DNA of 64,000 bases from Candidatus Nomurabacteria bacterium (GTDB lineage: Bacteria > Patescibacteriota > Saccharimonadia > Saccharimonadales > HK-STAS-PATE-42), in the NCBI GenBank assembly GCA_023898665.1, contig CP060233.1:356368-420367 (forward strand), given 5' to 3'. A model generated the notes under the pieces. It was given only the letters and a program-made list of their open reading frames with translations. It had not been told where the DNA came from and searched no databases. This document shows, piece after piece, positions 46,535 through 56,748 of the stretch (positions within the stretch are counted from its first letter, which is position 1; each line of letters begins with the position of its first letter). Both the position numbers and the translations under genes were made by a program.

Positions 46535-49500
46535 TTAGCTATATTGACCAAGCATCATAATATCTTGCCAGACTTGTTTGATTAGTTTTTTAAATTCTTC
46601 GTATTCTGATTCTTTATAATTTAAGCTTACTGTTTTGACTTCGTTATCGCTGGCGTTTATGTAAACTAGCTCTGCTCCTATAGGCTTAATATTTTTAGGC
46701 AGACGTTCTGGGGCTAGGTCAAGTAGTAATTTGTATAGATAGAGTTGGTTCTTGTATTTTTCTTCAATTCTATCTTTAGATTTACCTGTTTTGTAGTCTC
46801 TGATTACTGCTGTTTGCTCATCCCTGTTGATAATTACTGCATCTAATTTTCCACTTAGTCTTACTTCATCGAAATTTACTTTTATATCTACTTCGCTCAA
46901 GGCTTCTGATTTTGTTAGATCGTTAAGTTTAGTAAGATGTCTATTTATGGTAAATTCAGCGAGTGAGTTTAGTTTATCTTTGGTTTCTTCATCAAGTGAG
47001 CACTTCTCTACTTCTTTTCTGTAAATCTTAATCAAATCTTCTAAACTTAAAAATTTATTGTTAGGTCTTGCTAGGTGCATTTTTTCGAAGACTTTGTGCA
47101 TAGCGGATCCATGTACTGCGCTTTCGCTCATAGCTTGAGGGAATCTGAGCAGGTGTCGTTGGATGAATTCTTCTCTTCCTCCGTATTCTTCGTCTAACCA
47201 AGTTGTTAAGTGTGTTGCACTTAATCTATATTTCTCTAAAATCGGCTGCAGAATTTCAGCTAGAATTTGTGTGGTCTCATCTTTAGGTTCTACATTAAAG
47301 AGTTTTTGTTGATAGCTTTCGGCGGACTCTTCAGCACTCATTAGATCTTCGGAGTAATCTATAAGTTTAACAAAACTCTCTGATTTGAGTGGCTCTAAGT
47401 ATCTGAGTGCTACTTTACTCTTGCCTTTTTCGTCAAATTTATAGAGTGTATGAACTAATCTATCCTTGGCTCTAGTTTGGGCCACGTAAAATAATCTTGT
47501 GCGGTCATCTGATGTATCCTTGTGGCTCGCAAAGTTGGCTGTAAGTTTAAGCGTGTCTGTACGGCTTCTGGCAGATTCGCTCCAGACATCTTCTTGGCAG
47601 TGGATTAGATAGACTTGATCGAACTCTAAGCCTTTTGAGCCGTAAGCTGTAAGTAATTTAACACCGCTAGGCTTTATATGTAGTCCGCGTCTGGCAAGAC
47701 GTATTCCACCATGTTCTTGGCAGAGCTCAACGTATTTTATAAGATCATTAAGCTTAGATTTGGACTGATCTGAGTAGTAACTTCTTAAATGATCTCGTAA
47801 AGAGGAAAGACTACTTAAAAAGTTGGCGTAGTGAGCAGGCTTGGTTTCTAACTTTTCTTTAGAAAAGTAGAAATCTTTAAATGGAGATTTAATATTAATG
47901 TTTTGGTTATCTTCAGATTCATCTGGTTCGTTTGCTCCAATAAGTTTGTCGAGCATTTGCTCTAGACTTAAGTTTAGACTTAAAGTTCCCCAATTAATCA
48001 ACAGGTTGTAGATTTGCTTACCTTTTTCTCCAAGAGCCCCGTCGTTGAGGTAGTCTAGCCAATGTTTTCTATCTTTACTTTTAGCTGCGTAAGATGCTAA
48101 GCGATAAATTGAGCCGTTTTCTAATTGCCAGTAAGGGCTGCTTAAGACATGGGCTAATAAGCTGTTAGAATGGGTTAACTCCCCTACTCCGATATTTAAA
48201 ACTAATTTACTTAAATCTACTAATTCTAATATTATTTCGTCTTCTAAAATGTTACTCGAAGTCTCGTAGAAAACTGAAACGTTATGAGCAATAAGTTCTC
48301 TAGCTAGTTCTTGCAGGTATTTGTGTTTCGGAGCTAGAACAGCTATGTCTTCTGCTCTTGTTCCTGATTTGATTTGCTTCTTGATATCTTTACAAATCCA
48401 GCTAAGCTCACTATTTGAGTCTGTAAAAGTTGCGATCGAAACTTCTTTATTCTCTGAATCTGAATTACTACTAAGTTCTTTTACATAAGTGCCTGCCGGT
48501 CTTTCTTCAATTTGTTGTGATGTTTTTAGACTTGCACTAAGGATATCTGAGTTAGAGCGGTAGTTTTCATCCAAGGTTATAATCTCTGTTTCAGGGTAGA
48601 GACTTAGAAAACTTTGGAAGTTAGAAACGGATGCTCCTTGAAAGGCATAAATAGCTTGGTCATCATCACCAACTACCATAATGTTTGGTCTGTTAAAATT
48701 GGTCGGGTTGTCTCCTAATAACTTAACAATTTCAAGTTGTGAGAAGCTTGTATCTTGGAACTCATCTACCAAGATGTGTTGCCACTGCTCTTGGATATTA
48801 AGCTTAAGGTCTTCGTTACTTTTTATAGTATTAATTAAGTTTAGGACCATATCATCAAACTCGATCTTCTCAAATTTTTGGAGAGCCTGTTCATATTGCT
48901 CATAGATATATGCGACTTCCTCTAGATTCTGATTGTATTTAGCATCCTTAAAGCGCCATTTGTTATTTAAATCTTTTTCGAAATAAAAGTTTTTAAAGGC
49001 AGTTATTGGAGTTGTTTTGCTAGTTTCAAAACTTTCTGTTAGAGCAGAAGTTAGTTCTTTTAGGATGATAGACTTTAAACTTGGGACTAGTTCTTCATTC
49101 TCATGGTCTAATTGTTTTGTTTGTAAGTAATCTACAAGAGATTTTATGAGCTTATTTGTTTCTTCTTTCCCTCTTGGTATCTCAGGTGGGAATAAGTTTA
49201 GTAAATCTTTTAAGTCTTCGAGATCTGCTTTGTTGTTATTGGCAATGTTTTTTGCATGCTGAGGCTTTAAGCCGGCTTTTTTAAGCTCTAATATTTTTGA
49301 GGTTAGCTCACTAATTCTGTTTTCTCGAGCAAAACTTCTGTGAGCAAGCTTAAAATTAAGTGGTAAATTACTTAAAATATCTTCTAGGATTTGATAACTT
49401 GTAAGATCGTCAATCGGTTGAAAGCCTCGAGTATCTAAAAAGTAATCAGGAAAGTGACGCATAACCTCTAAAGCAAAACTATGAAAGGTATGCACTGAGA

Positions 49501-49750
49501 CTTGATATCCGCTTGCTCCGATGGTATCGGCAAGTCTTTGTTTCATGGAGGATACTCCGGCCTCTGTATACGTCAGACATAAGATACTGCCTGGGTTAAC
49601 ATCAGTTAAGCTTAAGATATTTGCCACTCTACTTGAAAGAAGTTGAGTCTTCCCTGTTCCTGGACCTGCAAGGACTAAAACTGGACCTTCGATGGTATCA
49701 ACTGCTCTTTGCTGTTTTTGGTTAAGTTTAATCTCTCTCATTAAGTACAA
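46535..49750 (-). CDS. UvrD/PcrA/AddA-like superfamily 1 helicase fused to a C-terminal PD-(D/E)xK (RecB-type) nuclease domain
   Basis: Walker A AGPGTGKT, motif II VDEFQDTS, YRS, and motif VI VAQTRAKDRL. The C-terminus has GKLDAV..IRDYKTGK..QLYLYKLL (the D, DxK and QxxxY nuclease motifs). Confidence 0.85.
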   Translation of the reverse strand: MYLMREIKLNQKQQRAVDTIEGPVLVLAGPGTGKTQLLSSRVANILSLTDVNPGSILCLTYTEAGVSSMKQRLADTIGASGYQVSVHTFHSFALEVMRHFPDYFLDTRGFQPIDDLTSYQILEDILSNLPLNFKLAHRSFARENRISELTSKILELKKAGLKPQHAKNIANNNKADLEDLKDLLNLFPPEIPRGKEETNKLIKSLVDYLQTKQLDHENEELVPSLKSIILKELTSALTESFETSKTTPITAFKNFYFEKDLNNKWRFKDAKYNQNLEEVAYIYEQYEQALQKFEKIEFDDMVLNLINTIKSNEDLKLNIQEQWQHILVDEFQDTSFSQLEIVKLLGDNPTNFNRPNIMVVGDDDQAIYAFQGASVSNFQSFLSLYPETEIITLDENYRSNSDILSASLKTSQQIEERPAGTYVKELSSNSDSENKEVSIATFTDSNSELSWICKDIKKQIKSGTRAEDIAVLAPKHKYLQELARELIAHNVSVFYETSSNILEDEIILELVDLSKLVLNIGVGELTHSNSLLAHVLSSPYWQLENGSIYRLASYAAKSKDRKHWLDYLNDGALGEKGKQIYNLLINWGTLSLNLSLEQMLDKLIGANEPDESEDNQNINIKSPFKDFYFSKEKLETKPAHYANFLSSLSSLRDHLRSYYSDQSKSKLNDLIKYVELCQEHGGIRLARRGLHIKPSGVKLLTAYGSKGLEFDQVYLIHCQEDVWSESARSRTDTLKLTANFASHKDTSDDRTRLFYVAQTRAKDRLVHTLYKFDEKGKSKVALRYLEPLKSESFVKLIDYSEDLMSAEESAESYQQKLFNVEPKDETTQILAEILQPILEKYRLSATHLTTWLDEEYGGREEFIQRHLLRFPQAMSESAVHGSAMHKVFEKMHLARPNNKFLSLEDLIKIYRKEVEKCSLDEETKDKLNSLAEFTINRHLTKLNDLTKSEALSEVDIKVNFDEVRLSGKLDAVIINRDEQTAVIRDYKTGKSKDRIEEKYKNQLYLYKLLLDLAPERLPKNIKPIGAELVYINASDNEVKTVSLNYKESEYEEFKKLIKQVWQDIMMLGQYS

Positions 49751-49779
49751 TTATAAACCTTTTAAACACGTAATAATAA

Positions 49780-49808
49780 TTGACTTTGATAGCCGAATAT
49801 TTTACAAT
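49780..49808 (+). promoter_or_regulatory. sigma70-type promoter of the lipoprotein gene
   Basis: TTGACT (49780-49785), a 17-nt spacer, then TACAAT (49803-49808), 10 nt before ATG 49819. Confidence 0.55.
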
Positions 49809-49818
49809 TGTATATATT

Positions 49819-50319
49819 ATGAAAAGAAAAGGAAATAATCAAAAACATAATTGTTTATCTAGAAAAGCGTCGTTTGTTGCGGCCGGTGTCTCTATATTAT
49901 TAGGTACATTTGGATGTTCCGCAGGTTACGATGAAAGCACTCCTCAAAAGGGTCCAGGCTACGCCTCAGCATCTCTTCTTACTGCTGAGCAAAGACGTGA
50001 AGATATGGGTAAAGAATATGTTGAGTTCCCTAAAGATTCAAGAGTTGAGGATATTAATACTCAAGAGGTAGCTAGATACTGTACTGAATTAGACATGATT
50101 GTTTATGGGATCTATGGAACGATAGTATGTGCTTTTGAGCCGTTATCTCCTTACCCAATAGGTACTGATATAACTCTAGAAGCAGCTCAAGAGAGGAAAA
50201 ACTATGCTATTCAATTTTGTATAGACGTGAACGGTAGAATAACAAAAGTTGCTCCCGATGAAGATCAAACTGGGCTTAGAGACCTAGTTCTTGCTTGTGA
50301 GTTTGAGAGGCAGAATTAG
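49819..50319 (+). CDS. putative lipoprotein
   Basis: Basic N-terminus, hydrophobic core and a lipobox-like LLGTFGC|S. The tracked start at 49780 coincides with the promoter -35 box. Confidence 0.6.
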   Translation: MKRKGNNQKHNCLSRKASFVAAGVSILLGTFGCSAGYDESTPQKGPGYASASLLTAEQRREDMGKEYVEFPKDSRVEDINTQEVARYCTELDMIVYGIYGTIVCAFEPLSPYPIGTDITLEAAQERKNYAIQFCIDVNGRITKVAPDEDQTGLRDLVLACEFERQN

Positions 50320-51090
50320 CCCAGTTCTTTTTTTGTAATTCTGGTAATCTTTATCACTTCCCCATTTACTCTCTGCACTTTTTTCTAATTTTGGGACTCC
50401 GCTTATAAATCTGATCATTAAAAAAATAAAAAGTGGGCTTAAGAATCCTATAATTGCTTGAGTTGAGCTTAGTGCTGGTAGTGTCGAGACCCAAATTCCA
50501 AACCAAACTGTGATTTCTCCTAAGTAGTTTGGATGACGAGATCTACTCCATAGTCCAGTGTCAATAAATTTGCCCTTATTGTTTTTGTTTTGTGAGAATC
50601 TGAATAATTGGATATCTGCAAAGGCCTCTATTAGTAGGCCTTTGGCAAAGATTAAAAGTCCTAAAATCGTTACTATATTTAAGCCGATTTTGGGACTATC
50701 GTTTAGGTATATAAACTGCAACGCTGCAATAGAAACCACCCAAGCAGTTAAGCCTTGGAAGAACCAGAAAATAAAAAACTTTTTGAAGTCTTCTCTTACC
50801 CCATCGAAACGCTTATCTCTTCCCCATGCTCTTATTCTGATTAGTAGATATGAGGCTAGGCGAATTGCCCATAAAGTTATGGCCACAATTATTAAAATGT
50901 TGGGTAAATTAAAATTACCAGATTTAAATAATCCAAATAAATTTACAGATACAAAACTTAGGGCGTAAGAAAAATCAGTTAATTTATCAGTTTTTAATCT
51001 AAAAGCTACTAAAAAACCGATTATGTTTATAGCTAAGGAAATTATAAGTGTGGTTATAAGAAACTCTAACATGTAATTTAAGTTTAGCAT
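50284..51090 (-). CDS. DUF1295 / steroid 5-alpha-reductase-like membrane protein
   Basis: Polytopic membrane protein with the conserved GLWSRSRHPNYLGE block. Confidence 0.75.
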   Translation of the reverse strand: MLNLNYMLEFLITTLIISLAINIIGFLVAFRLKTDKLTDFSYALSFVSVNLFGLFKSGNFNLPNILIIVAITLWAIRLASYLLIRIRAWGRDKRFDGVREDFKKFFIFWFFQGLTAWVVSIAALQFIYLNDSPKIGLNIVTILGLLIFAKGLLIEAFADIQLFRFSQNKNNKGKFIDTGLWSRSRHPNYLGEITVWFGIWVSTLPALSSTQAIIGFLSPLFIFLMIRFISGVPKLEKSAESKWGSDKDYQNYKKRTGLILPLKLTSKN

Positions 51091-51109
51091 GTTAGAATTT
51101 AAATTACAT

Positions 51110-51385
51110 ATGGATACTAAGACTAATCAGATTTTATTTATTGATGTTAGAGGTGAGTCAGAATATAAACTTAGCCACTTTCTGGGAGCAGTAAATATTA
51201 GTGTAGGGCAGATATCTGAAGATAACCCCAAAATATCGAGTTTAGACAAAAATGCAAAAATTGTTGTTTATTGTGTGGCTGGAGGTCGGGCTCAACAAGC
51301 TAAGCTTAAGTTAGAGAAGTTGGGATTTACTAATGTAGAAAATGGGATTAATCAGCAAGAAGTTACTGAAAGATACTTACTTTAA
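51110..51385 (+). CDS. single-domain rhodanese-like sulfurtransferase
   Basis: FIDVRGESEY..GAVNI and the active-site loop VVYCVAGGRA. The start at 51110 is preferred, because TGtTAGAAT (51090-51098) lies 11 nt upstream. Confidence 0.85.
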   Translation: MDTKTNQILFIDVRGESEYKLSHFLGAVNISVGQISEDNPKISSLDKNAKIVVYCVAGGRAQQAKLKLEKLGFTNVENGINQQEVTERYLL

Positions 51386-51793
51386 TCTAAGTAATCTTTT
51401 AACTATATTTTTTGGTTTGTCTTGTTTTTCGAACTCTTTTTCAATTGAATCCTCTACAGAATGTACAATGTGCTCCTCGTAACTCTTAAGAGTTCTTTTT
51501 GCCACTCTGCTCTTTAAGATGTTATTTATAAATGCTCCAAAGATTGCTATGCCAAAGATTAGATAAAACATTGTAAATATTTTGCCGCCATCTGTAACTG
51601 GCGAGACGTCTCCGTAGCCTACAGTGGTTAAGCTAACCACCGAAAAATAGATAGAGTCTAGCCATCTCCAGTCTTCAAAAAGATGGTAAAAGTAACTGCC
51701 AGCAATAATATAAACTATGCTTACTGCAAGAATTATCCTAAACTGTTTAATTAGTCTTTTAAGCTTAACCTGGGCTTTTTTACTAACACTCAT
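51377..51793 (-). CDS. two-TM potassium channel (Ion_trans_2)
   Basis: The selectivity filter TTVGYGD lies between two TM helices. Length is 138 aa. Confidence 0.9.
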   Translation of the reverse strand: MSVSKKAQVKLKRLIKQFRIILAVSIVYIIAGSYFYHLFEDWRWLDSIYFSVVSLTTVGYGDVSPVTDGGKIFTMFYLIFGIAIFGAFINNILKSRVAKRTLKSYEEHIVHSVEDSIEKEFEKQDKPKNIVKRLLRLK

Positions 51794-51816
51794 TACTTAT
51801 TAATAGTACCATGATT

Positions 51817-52254
51817 TTAGTCATGGATATTACTTTTATAATCGACTTTTTCTGTAAGGTATTCTAGCACTGTTTGGAAGTAATTGTCTGTACTGTGGTT
51901 GGTCTTATCGTTAATTAATTCGTCTAGTTTAATGGGTTTGTACTTTGAGTGCTCCCAGCTAAGCTTAATGTTAGTAAAGTTTTGTACTCTTGCTTCAGTA
52001 ATGTAGTATATCTTTTTCATGTCCGGGTCATGTACTGGTCTTTTATATACGATATTGATTTTATCCGGATCTATTTTAATTCCGACTTCTTCTTTAATTT
52101 CTCTAGATACGGCGAATGTAATTTCTTCGTCCTCTTCTACTGCACCACCGGGTAAATCTCCTTCGTTTGGCCACTTGGGATGTGTGTCGCTTCTAAAGAG
52201 TAATAGAATATTACCTTCTGAATCGAAAATCAGGCACTTAGCAACTTGTTTCAT
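51817..52254 (-). CDS. NUDIX hydrolase
   Basis: Nudix box GGAVEEDEEITFAVSREIKEEVGI (Gx5Ex7REUxEExGU). Confidence 0.9.
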   Translation of the reverse strand: MKQVAKCLIFDSEGNILLLFRSDTHPKWPNEGDLPGGAVEEDEEITFAVSREIKEEVGIKIDPDKINIVYKRPVHDPDMKKIYYITEARVQNFTNIKLSWEHSKYKPIKLDELINDKTNHSTDNYFQTVLEYLTEKVDYKSNIHD

Positions 52255-52274
52255 TTGCTTTTAATTTTAGCAGG

Positions 52275-53558
52275 TTATCTGGTGTAGGTTCTGGCGTTTG
52301 TGGTGAAGGCTGAGACTTGGTTTGGGGTCTTGCCGGCAAATACCTCTAATTTAAGTTTCTCTCCACCATCTAGTTGTACAAGTATAGTTCCAGCTGTTGA
52401 TCCTTCTTTTGAAAGCTTAATACCTTTAACTAAGCCTGATTCTACCCAAGGCTGTCCATTAGGGGCCATGTAAGATCTTTTTGTAAGTTCATACTTAACT
52501 AATCCGCTTGATGGAGTCACTTCCTCTGGTTTTGGTCCAGACTTAACTGTAAATTGATCTGCCTTGCCGGTCCAGTTTCCGATGGATATGACTGTTGAAT
52601 CTGCGTCAATGTAATCTGGAGCTATTGATAGGTGTCCATCCCAGTATCGTTCCATATTTACTCCTTCGTATCCATTTGTGCCTTCTTGGAACCAGTTTCC
52701 GACTAATTTTCCGGCTTGATCGTAATCAATCTTTCCTCCATATGGCTCTGTTGAGCGGAGTGACTTTACAATGACTTTATCTTTTAAATCTCCCGTGAAT
52801 AAGTTGGTTGGGTCAATAGTATGGATCTTCCATGATTCTCTTTGGTAAAGACTTGGAGTTATAAAACCACTTAGCTCTTTGCTAGTATCAAGCATGGTCC
52901 AATCAACTGGGTTGCCACCGATCTTTCCGATTTTATCTCCTGCGCTAAGCTTAACGTCTACTTGTTTGCTTTGGTTTGGTTGTAAATCTCCAACAACATC
53001 TTTTAGGGCTGGAGCTAGTTGGTGAACATGAATGAAGATGCTGTAGTACTGGCAGCTGAATGAGACGACAATACGATGATCTTCTGGTGCGGTTTGTTGT
53101 TGGCGGTCTCCAATGTATTGGGCTGGCATGGCTCCGATCTCTACTATTTTACCGTCCGCAGGCATTACAACATCTGTGGTGTTATCTGCCGCTTGGGAGT
53201 TTAGTGGAGCTAAGTACTGGTGATCTGTTGGAGTGACATGCCCGTCCTGAACTTTTCCTAATGGTTCGATTGAGCCAAGTTGCTCCATCGGGATTGGATA
53301 GCTTGTAAAGGATACGCTATCCTTTTTTTCGCATCTGTCTGAGTATTGCCTGGCGAACTCTCCTTGCTGGACTTCATTCTGGTTATTTGAGCTCCGTTGG
53401 TTGGAGTTACTCTCTTTATTATCTTTTTTCGTAACTAATAATGTGGCGACCACTGCTCCCGCTAAGAGTATTGCTAAGCCTAAGGCGATTAGCAGGATCT
53501 TCTTTTTGTTTTGAATTTTATTTTTTGTTGGTTGTAATTCTTGATTATCTGGTTTCAT
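52275..53558 (-). CDS. membrane-anchored extracytoplasmic protein with a possible degenerate M23/LytM-like domain
   Basis: N-terminal TM anchor. The blocks GHVTPTDHQY, VVMPADGKIVEIG, YSIFIHVHQL and LSAGDKIGKIGG resemble M23 blocks. The terminal HxH block is absent. Confidence 0.6.
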   Translation of the reverse strand: MKPDNQELQPTKNKIQNKKKILLIALGLAILLAGAVVATLLVTKKDNKESNSNQRSSNNQNEVQQGEFARQYSDRCEKKDSVSFTSYPIPMEQLGSIEPLGKVQDGHVTPTDHQYLAPLNSQAADNTTDVVMPADGKIVEIGAMPAQYIGDRQQQTAPEDHRIVVSFSCQYYSIFIHVHQLAPALKDVVGDLQPNQSKQVDVKLSAGDKIGKIGGNPVDWTMLDTSKELSGFITPSLYQRESWKIHTIDPTNLFTGDLKDKVIVKSLRSTEPYGGKIDYDQAGKLVGNWFQEGTNGYEGVNMERYWDGHLSIAPDYIDADSTVISIGNWTGKADQFTVKSGPKPEEVTPSSGLVKYELTKRSYMAPNGQPWVESGLVKGIKLSKEGSTAGTILVQLDGGEKLKLEVFAGKTPNQVSAFTTNARTYTR

Positions 53559-53617
53559 ACCATAAGCTTAATACAAATGGTGAGATAAAAACTAGATATA
53601 AAGGGTAAGACACTTAT

Positions 53618-56600
53618 TTAGCCGATTTGCTTCATTATTTTGTCTGTTTCTACTAGTACTTTTATGATTCTTTGGTAGTGATCTATGTCGTCATTATTTA
53701 ACTTTCTGCCCTTTCGGTCTTTTAGCCATTTTTGAGCTGGTTGGTAGCCTCCAATGTAGAAGTTCCAAGCTACCTCTGGGACGTTTCCGAAGTATTGCTC
53801 GCTATTAATATATACTTGGCCGTCTTCATATTTAACTTGCTCTACTTCGTCTGTGCCGGGTTCTGGATAAGTTGTGATGTAATCTTCTAAAGATGGATCT
53901 GTCATTAGGTGCAAAGCTCTAAGTTTCGTTCCAAAATCTTTAAACTTAACAAACCCGGCGTCGTCTTTTGGTATTGGTACTCTGGGAAAGTCTATTTTTA
54001 GGAATTCTTTATATTTTTCTCGATAACTTGGCGAATGCAGAACGCCATAAATGTAATCTAAAACATCTTCCGGCTGATATTCCGATTTTAAGTTTTTATT
54101 AAGCTTAGCAAGTTCACCTAAGTTGAAGTTTGGAGTTTTTGTTCCGTCATTATGGTAGAGGTAGAGCGGAATAAGATAATTATTGTCTAGGGCTGTTATC
54201 GTGGTTGGCTCCATGGTCATTAGTTCACTTACAAATATGAAGCCCCAGGCTCTGTCGCTCCTAGATCTTCTTATGGTCACAAGGCCTAGGTTGGTTTTTT
54301 TTGCCATATGTTTCATAAGGTTGAAGCGATCTCTTTTTAGTGCCATGCTTTCGTAAAGTATCCACCTTTCATCAAATGGTCTAAACTTGATTTTGAGATA
54401 ATTATCTTCTTTATTTTGGGTTGACTTGAATCTGTCTAGTCGCCAACCACTTGTGTCTGTTAGGTTATATTTATGCCTGATATAGTTTTCGTCAGAGTTG
54501 GCCAATACTTCAGAAACCCTATTCATTAGTGTATTCTTATCTATGTCAATTATAAGATGATCTTTGCCAGTATGTATTCCGCTTGAATTGAGGACAAAGA
54601 GTTGATTAAGTGATATGTAATTATCGTAATCTTTTTGTAGTATAAAATCTTTTGGCACGAAGAAGTGTGCTGGAGCTGGGGCTTCTAGCTTACTAAACTT
54701 AATGTCTTTATTTAATAGGGAACTAAACTTAATTTTACGTTTTCCGTAGAGTTCGGAGTGGTATATTTCGCCAAGTTGATTATTTTTCTTTTTGCCAAAT
54801 TTTATCATAAATACAATTGAAACACCCTGCATAATATCGAAGACGTTTTCATCTTTAGTTCCATCGGGAGAAGTTTCTTTCTTTTTACTATTTCCGTGCA
54901 GATCTACTACAAGAATTTTGTCAAAAGTTTGGAGGAGGTGTTTTCTCATTTGGCGGTGCGTTATTCCGTCTATGTAGCTGTTGTTGGTAATCATTGCTAC
55001 AATTCCCTCGCCATTTTTAGCAATTTGATCTTCTGCAAAGCGAATAAACTTAATATAGTCATCATCTAAATTTATTTTTCGCTCGTTTAGATCTTTCTTA
55101 TAATCTTTAATTAAGTTTAGGATGTGATCACCTTTATTATTGCTACTGATTGAATATGGTGGGTTGCCGATTATGACCATGATTGGTTTTTCGTGTTTGA
55201 TCTCTGCGGCTTTAGCACTTTCTTGGGTCACGGCTTCTGCTAGGCCGTAGCTGAATAGATCTGGTTGGCGTGGGATGCCTTCTTCAAGTGTGTTAGTTAG
55301 ATAAACCCCGAGACGGTCTGTATAGTCCATCAGTCCTGTTTCTTGTAGCGTCATGCCAAGTTTGAGGTGGGCAATGGTGTATGGAGCCATCATTAGCTCA
55401 AAACCATGTAGGCGCGGGAGTAAATCACGCTCAGCGTAGCTTGGCCAACAGCCTTCTTGCCCCTCAAAGCCTTCATAAATGAATTTGATAGTTTCGTTTA
55501 AGAAAGTAGCAGTTCCGACTGCTGGGTCCAAGATTTGTACACGGTGTATTTGGTTCTTAAATCTTTTACCAGATGCGTCCTTTGTTATATGATCAATTTT
55601 GCTTGTGTCGGCTAAACCTTTACCAAGCTTAAACTCCTCTTTAAGAATTCTATCCACTTGGTTGATCATAAACTTAACAACTGGAATTGGTGTATAGTAG
55701 GCGCCCATTCGTTTGCGTTCTAGTGGGTCATACTCTTTTAGAAAGTCTTCATAAAAGTGGATTATTGGGTCTTTTTCGTCTCCTTGACCATCTCCAAATT
55801 CAATAAGTTTAAGGTGTTTTTTGATTAATTCTTTAACGTTACTAACTTGAAAAACTTCGCAAAGCTCATCGACAATGTAGCCTAGTCTGTCATCAAACTC
55901 AGAGCCAGCAATGTGATCGAAAAATTTACGTAAGAAAGGGTTTGATTTAGGAACTAGGTCGCGTGCCTCCTGGCGAGTAAAGTTATCTGGAGTTCTGTCT
56001 CCATAACGAGCTACGAATAAGCCGTAGACGAGTGTTTGGGCGTACATATCTGCAAATTTTTCCTTACTAAGATCATGCACTAACAATTCCTTCATCATGC
56101 TATACATCTTTTCGAGCTCTTGGTTGCGCTCATGCTCGTCATCTAGATACAGCGATACATTGTCGCGAATACGACGTGCCTTACCTCCCATGATTTCGGC
56201 AAGACGGCGTCCTGATTTAATTTGCTCTGGAGGAAGCTCTAAAAATTCTTTTAGCTCGCGTACGAGTTCTTCGGAGTTCTCGGGGTTTAAGCTTAAGTGG
56301 CCATCTTTAAGTTTACCGAGACTGATGGTTTTGTATTTTTCACCATTCTTAAAGAAGCGGAACTCAAGGTAGTCGGTCAAGAACAAATTCGCGTAACCAT
56401 GGTAGCGCTCCATTTGTTCGGTCTTTTCAGTTTTATCTAGGATGTCAGGTTTGATGTCTTTTGCTTCGGCATACCCTTTTATAATTTTAGAGTTGGATCT
56501 TTTTAAAAACACAAAGTCAGGCATGCCGTGCTGGGAGCGCTTAGGGTCGTTGACTGCGCTAGTGTCGTCAAAGCTCTCCATGAGTTCTTTAAGCGCAGGA

Positions 56601-56686
56601 CGATAAGCATGCTCGCCTGCTTGCCCTGAGCTGAAGTAACGTTCAACCTCGTTTAAGTATTTGGATATTAGTCCTTGGGGGTTCAT
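53618..56686 (-). CDS. single-polypeptide type IIG/IIL-like restriction-modification enzyme (N-terminal PD-ExK-like nuclease motif, gamma-class N6-adenine methyltransferase, C-terminal specificity region)
   Basis: The candidate nuclease motif is MPDFVF-x12-GYAEAKD (D..ExK). SAM motif I is VQILDPAVGTATFL. Motif IV is IIGNPPYS. The C-terminal blocks YIYGVLHSPSYREKY..IDFPRVP and YIGGYQPAQKWLKDRKGR are typical of type ISP/IIG specificity domains. The gene is leaderless (minus-strand TATAAT 56701-56696). Confidence 0.8.
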   Translation of the reverse strand: MNPQGLISKYLNEVERYFSSGQAGEHAYRPALKELMESFDDTSAVNDPKRSQHGMPDFVFLKRSNSKIIKGYAEAKDIKPDILDKTEKTEQMERYHGYANLFLTDYLEFRFFKNGEKYKTISLGKLKDGHLSLNPENSEELVRELKEFLELPPEQIKSGRRLAEIMGGKARRIRDNVSLYLDDEHERNQELEKMYSMMKELLVHDLSKEKFADMYAQTLVYGLFVARYGDRTPDNFTRQEARDLVPKSNPFLRKFFDHIAGSEFDDRLGYIVDELCEVFQVSNVKELIKKHLKLIEFGDGQGDEKDPIIHFYEDFLKEYDPLERKRMGAYYTPIPVVKFMINQVDRILKEEFKLGKGLADTSKIDHITKDASGKRFKNQIHRVQILDPAVGTATFLNETIKFIYEGFEGQEGCWPSYAERDLLPRLHGFELMMAPYTIAHLKLGMTLQETGLMDYTDRLGVYLTNTLEEGIPRQPDLFSYGLAEAVTQESAKAAEIKHEKPIMVIIGNPPYSISSNNKGDHILNLIKDYKKDLNERKINLDDDYIKFIRFAEDQIAKNGEGIVAMITNNSYIDGITHRQMRKHLLQTFDKILVVDLHGNSKKKETSPDGTKDENVFDIMQGVSIVFMIKFGKKKNNQLGEIYHSELYGKRKIKFSSLLNKDIKFSKLEAPAPAHFFVPKDFILQKDYDNYISLNQLFVLNSSGIHTGKDHLIIDIDKNTLMNRVSEVLANSDENYIRHKYNLTDTSGWRLDRFKSTQNKEDNYLKIKFRPFDERWILYESMALKRDRFNLMKHMAKKTNLGLVTIRRSRSDRAWGFIFVSELMTMEPTTITALDNNYLIPLYLYHNDGTKTPNFNLGELAKLNKNLKSEYQPEDVLDYIYGVLHSPSYREKYKEFLKIDFPRVPIPKDDAGFVKFKDFGTKLRALHLMTDPSLEDYITTYPEPGTDEVEQVKYEDGQVYINSEQYFGNVPEVAWNFYIGGYQPAQKWLKDRKGRKLNNDDIDHYQRIIKVLVETDKIMKQIG

Positions 56687-56713
56687 TAAGGCTTAATTAT
56701 AGCATCGTTTGGA

Positions 56714-56742
56714 TTGATTTTATTTGGAATATTTGTTAGAAT
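56714..56742 (+). promoter_or_regulatory. orphan plus-strand promoter between the R-M and NYN genes
   Basis: TTGATT (56714-56719), a 17-nt spacer ending in TGt, then TAGAAT (56737-56742). Confidence 0.45.
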
Positions 56743-56748
56743 AAATTG

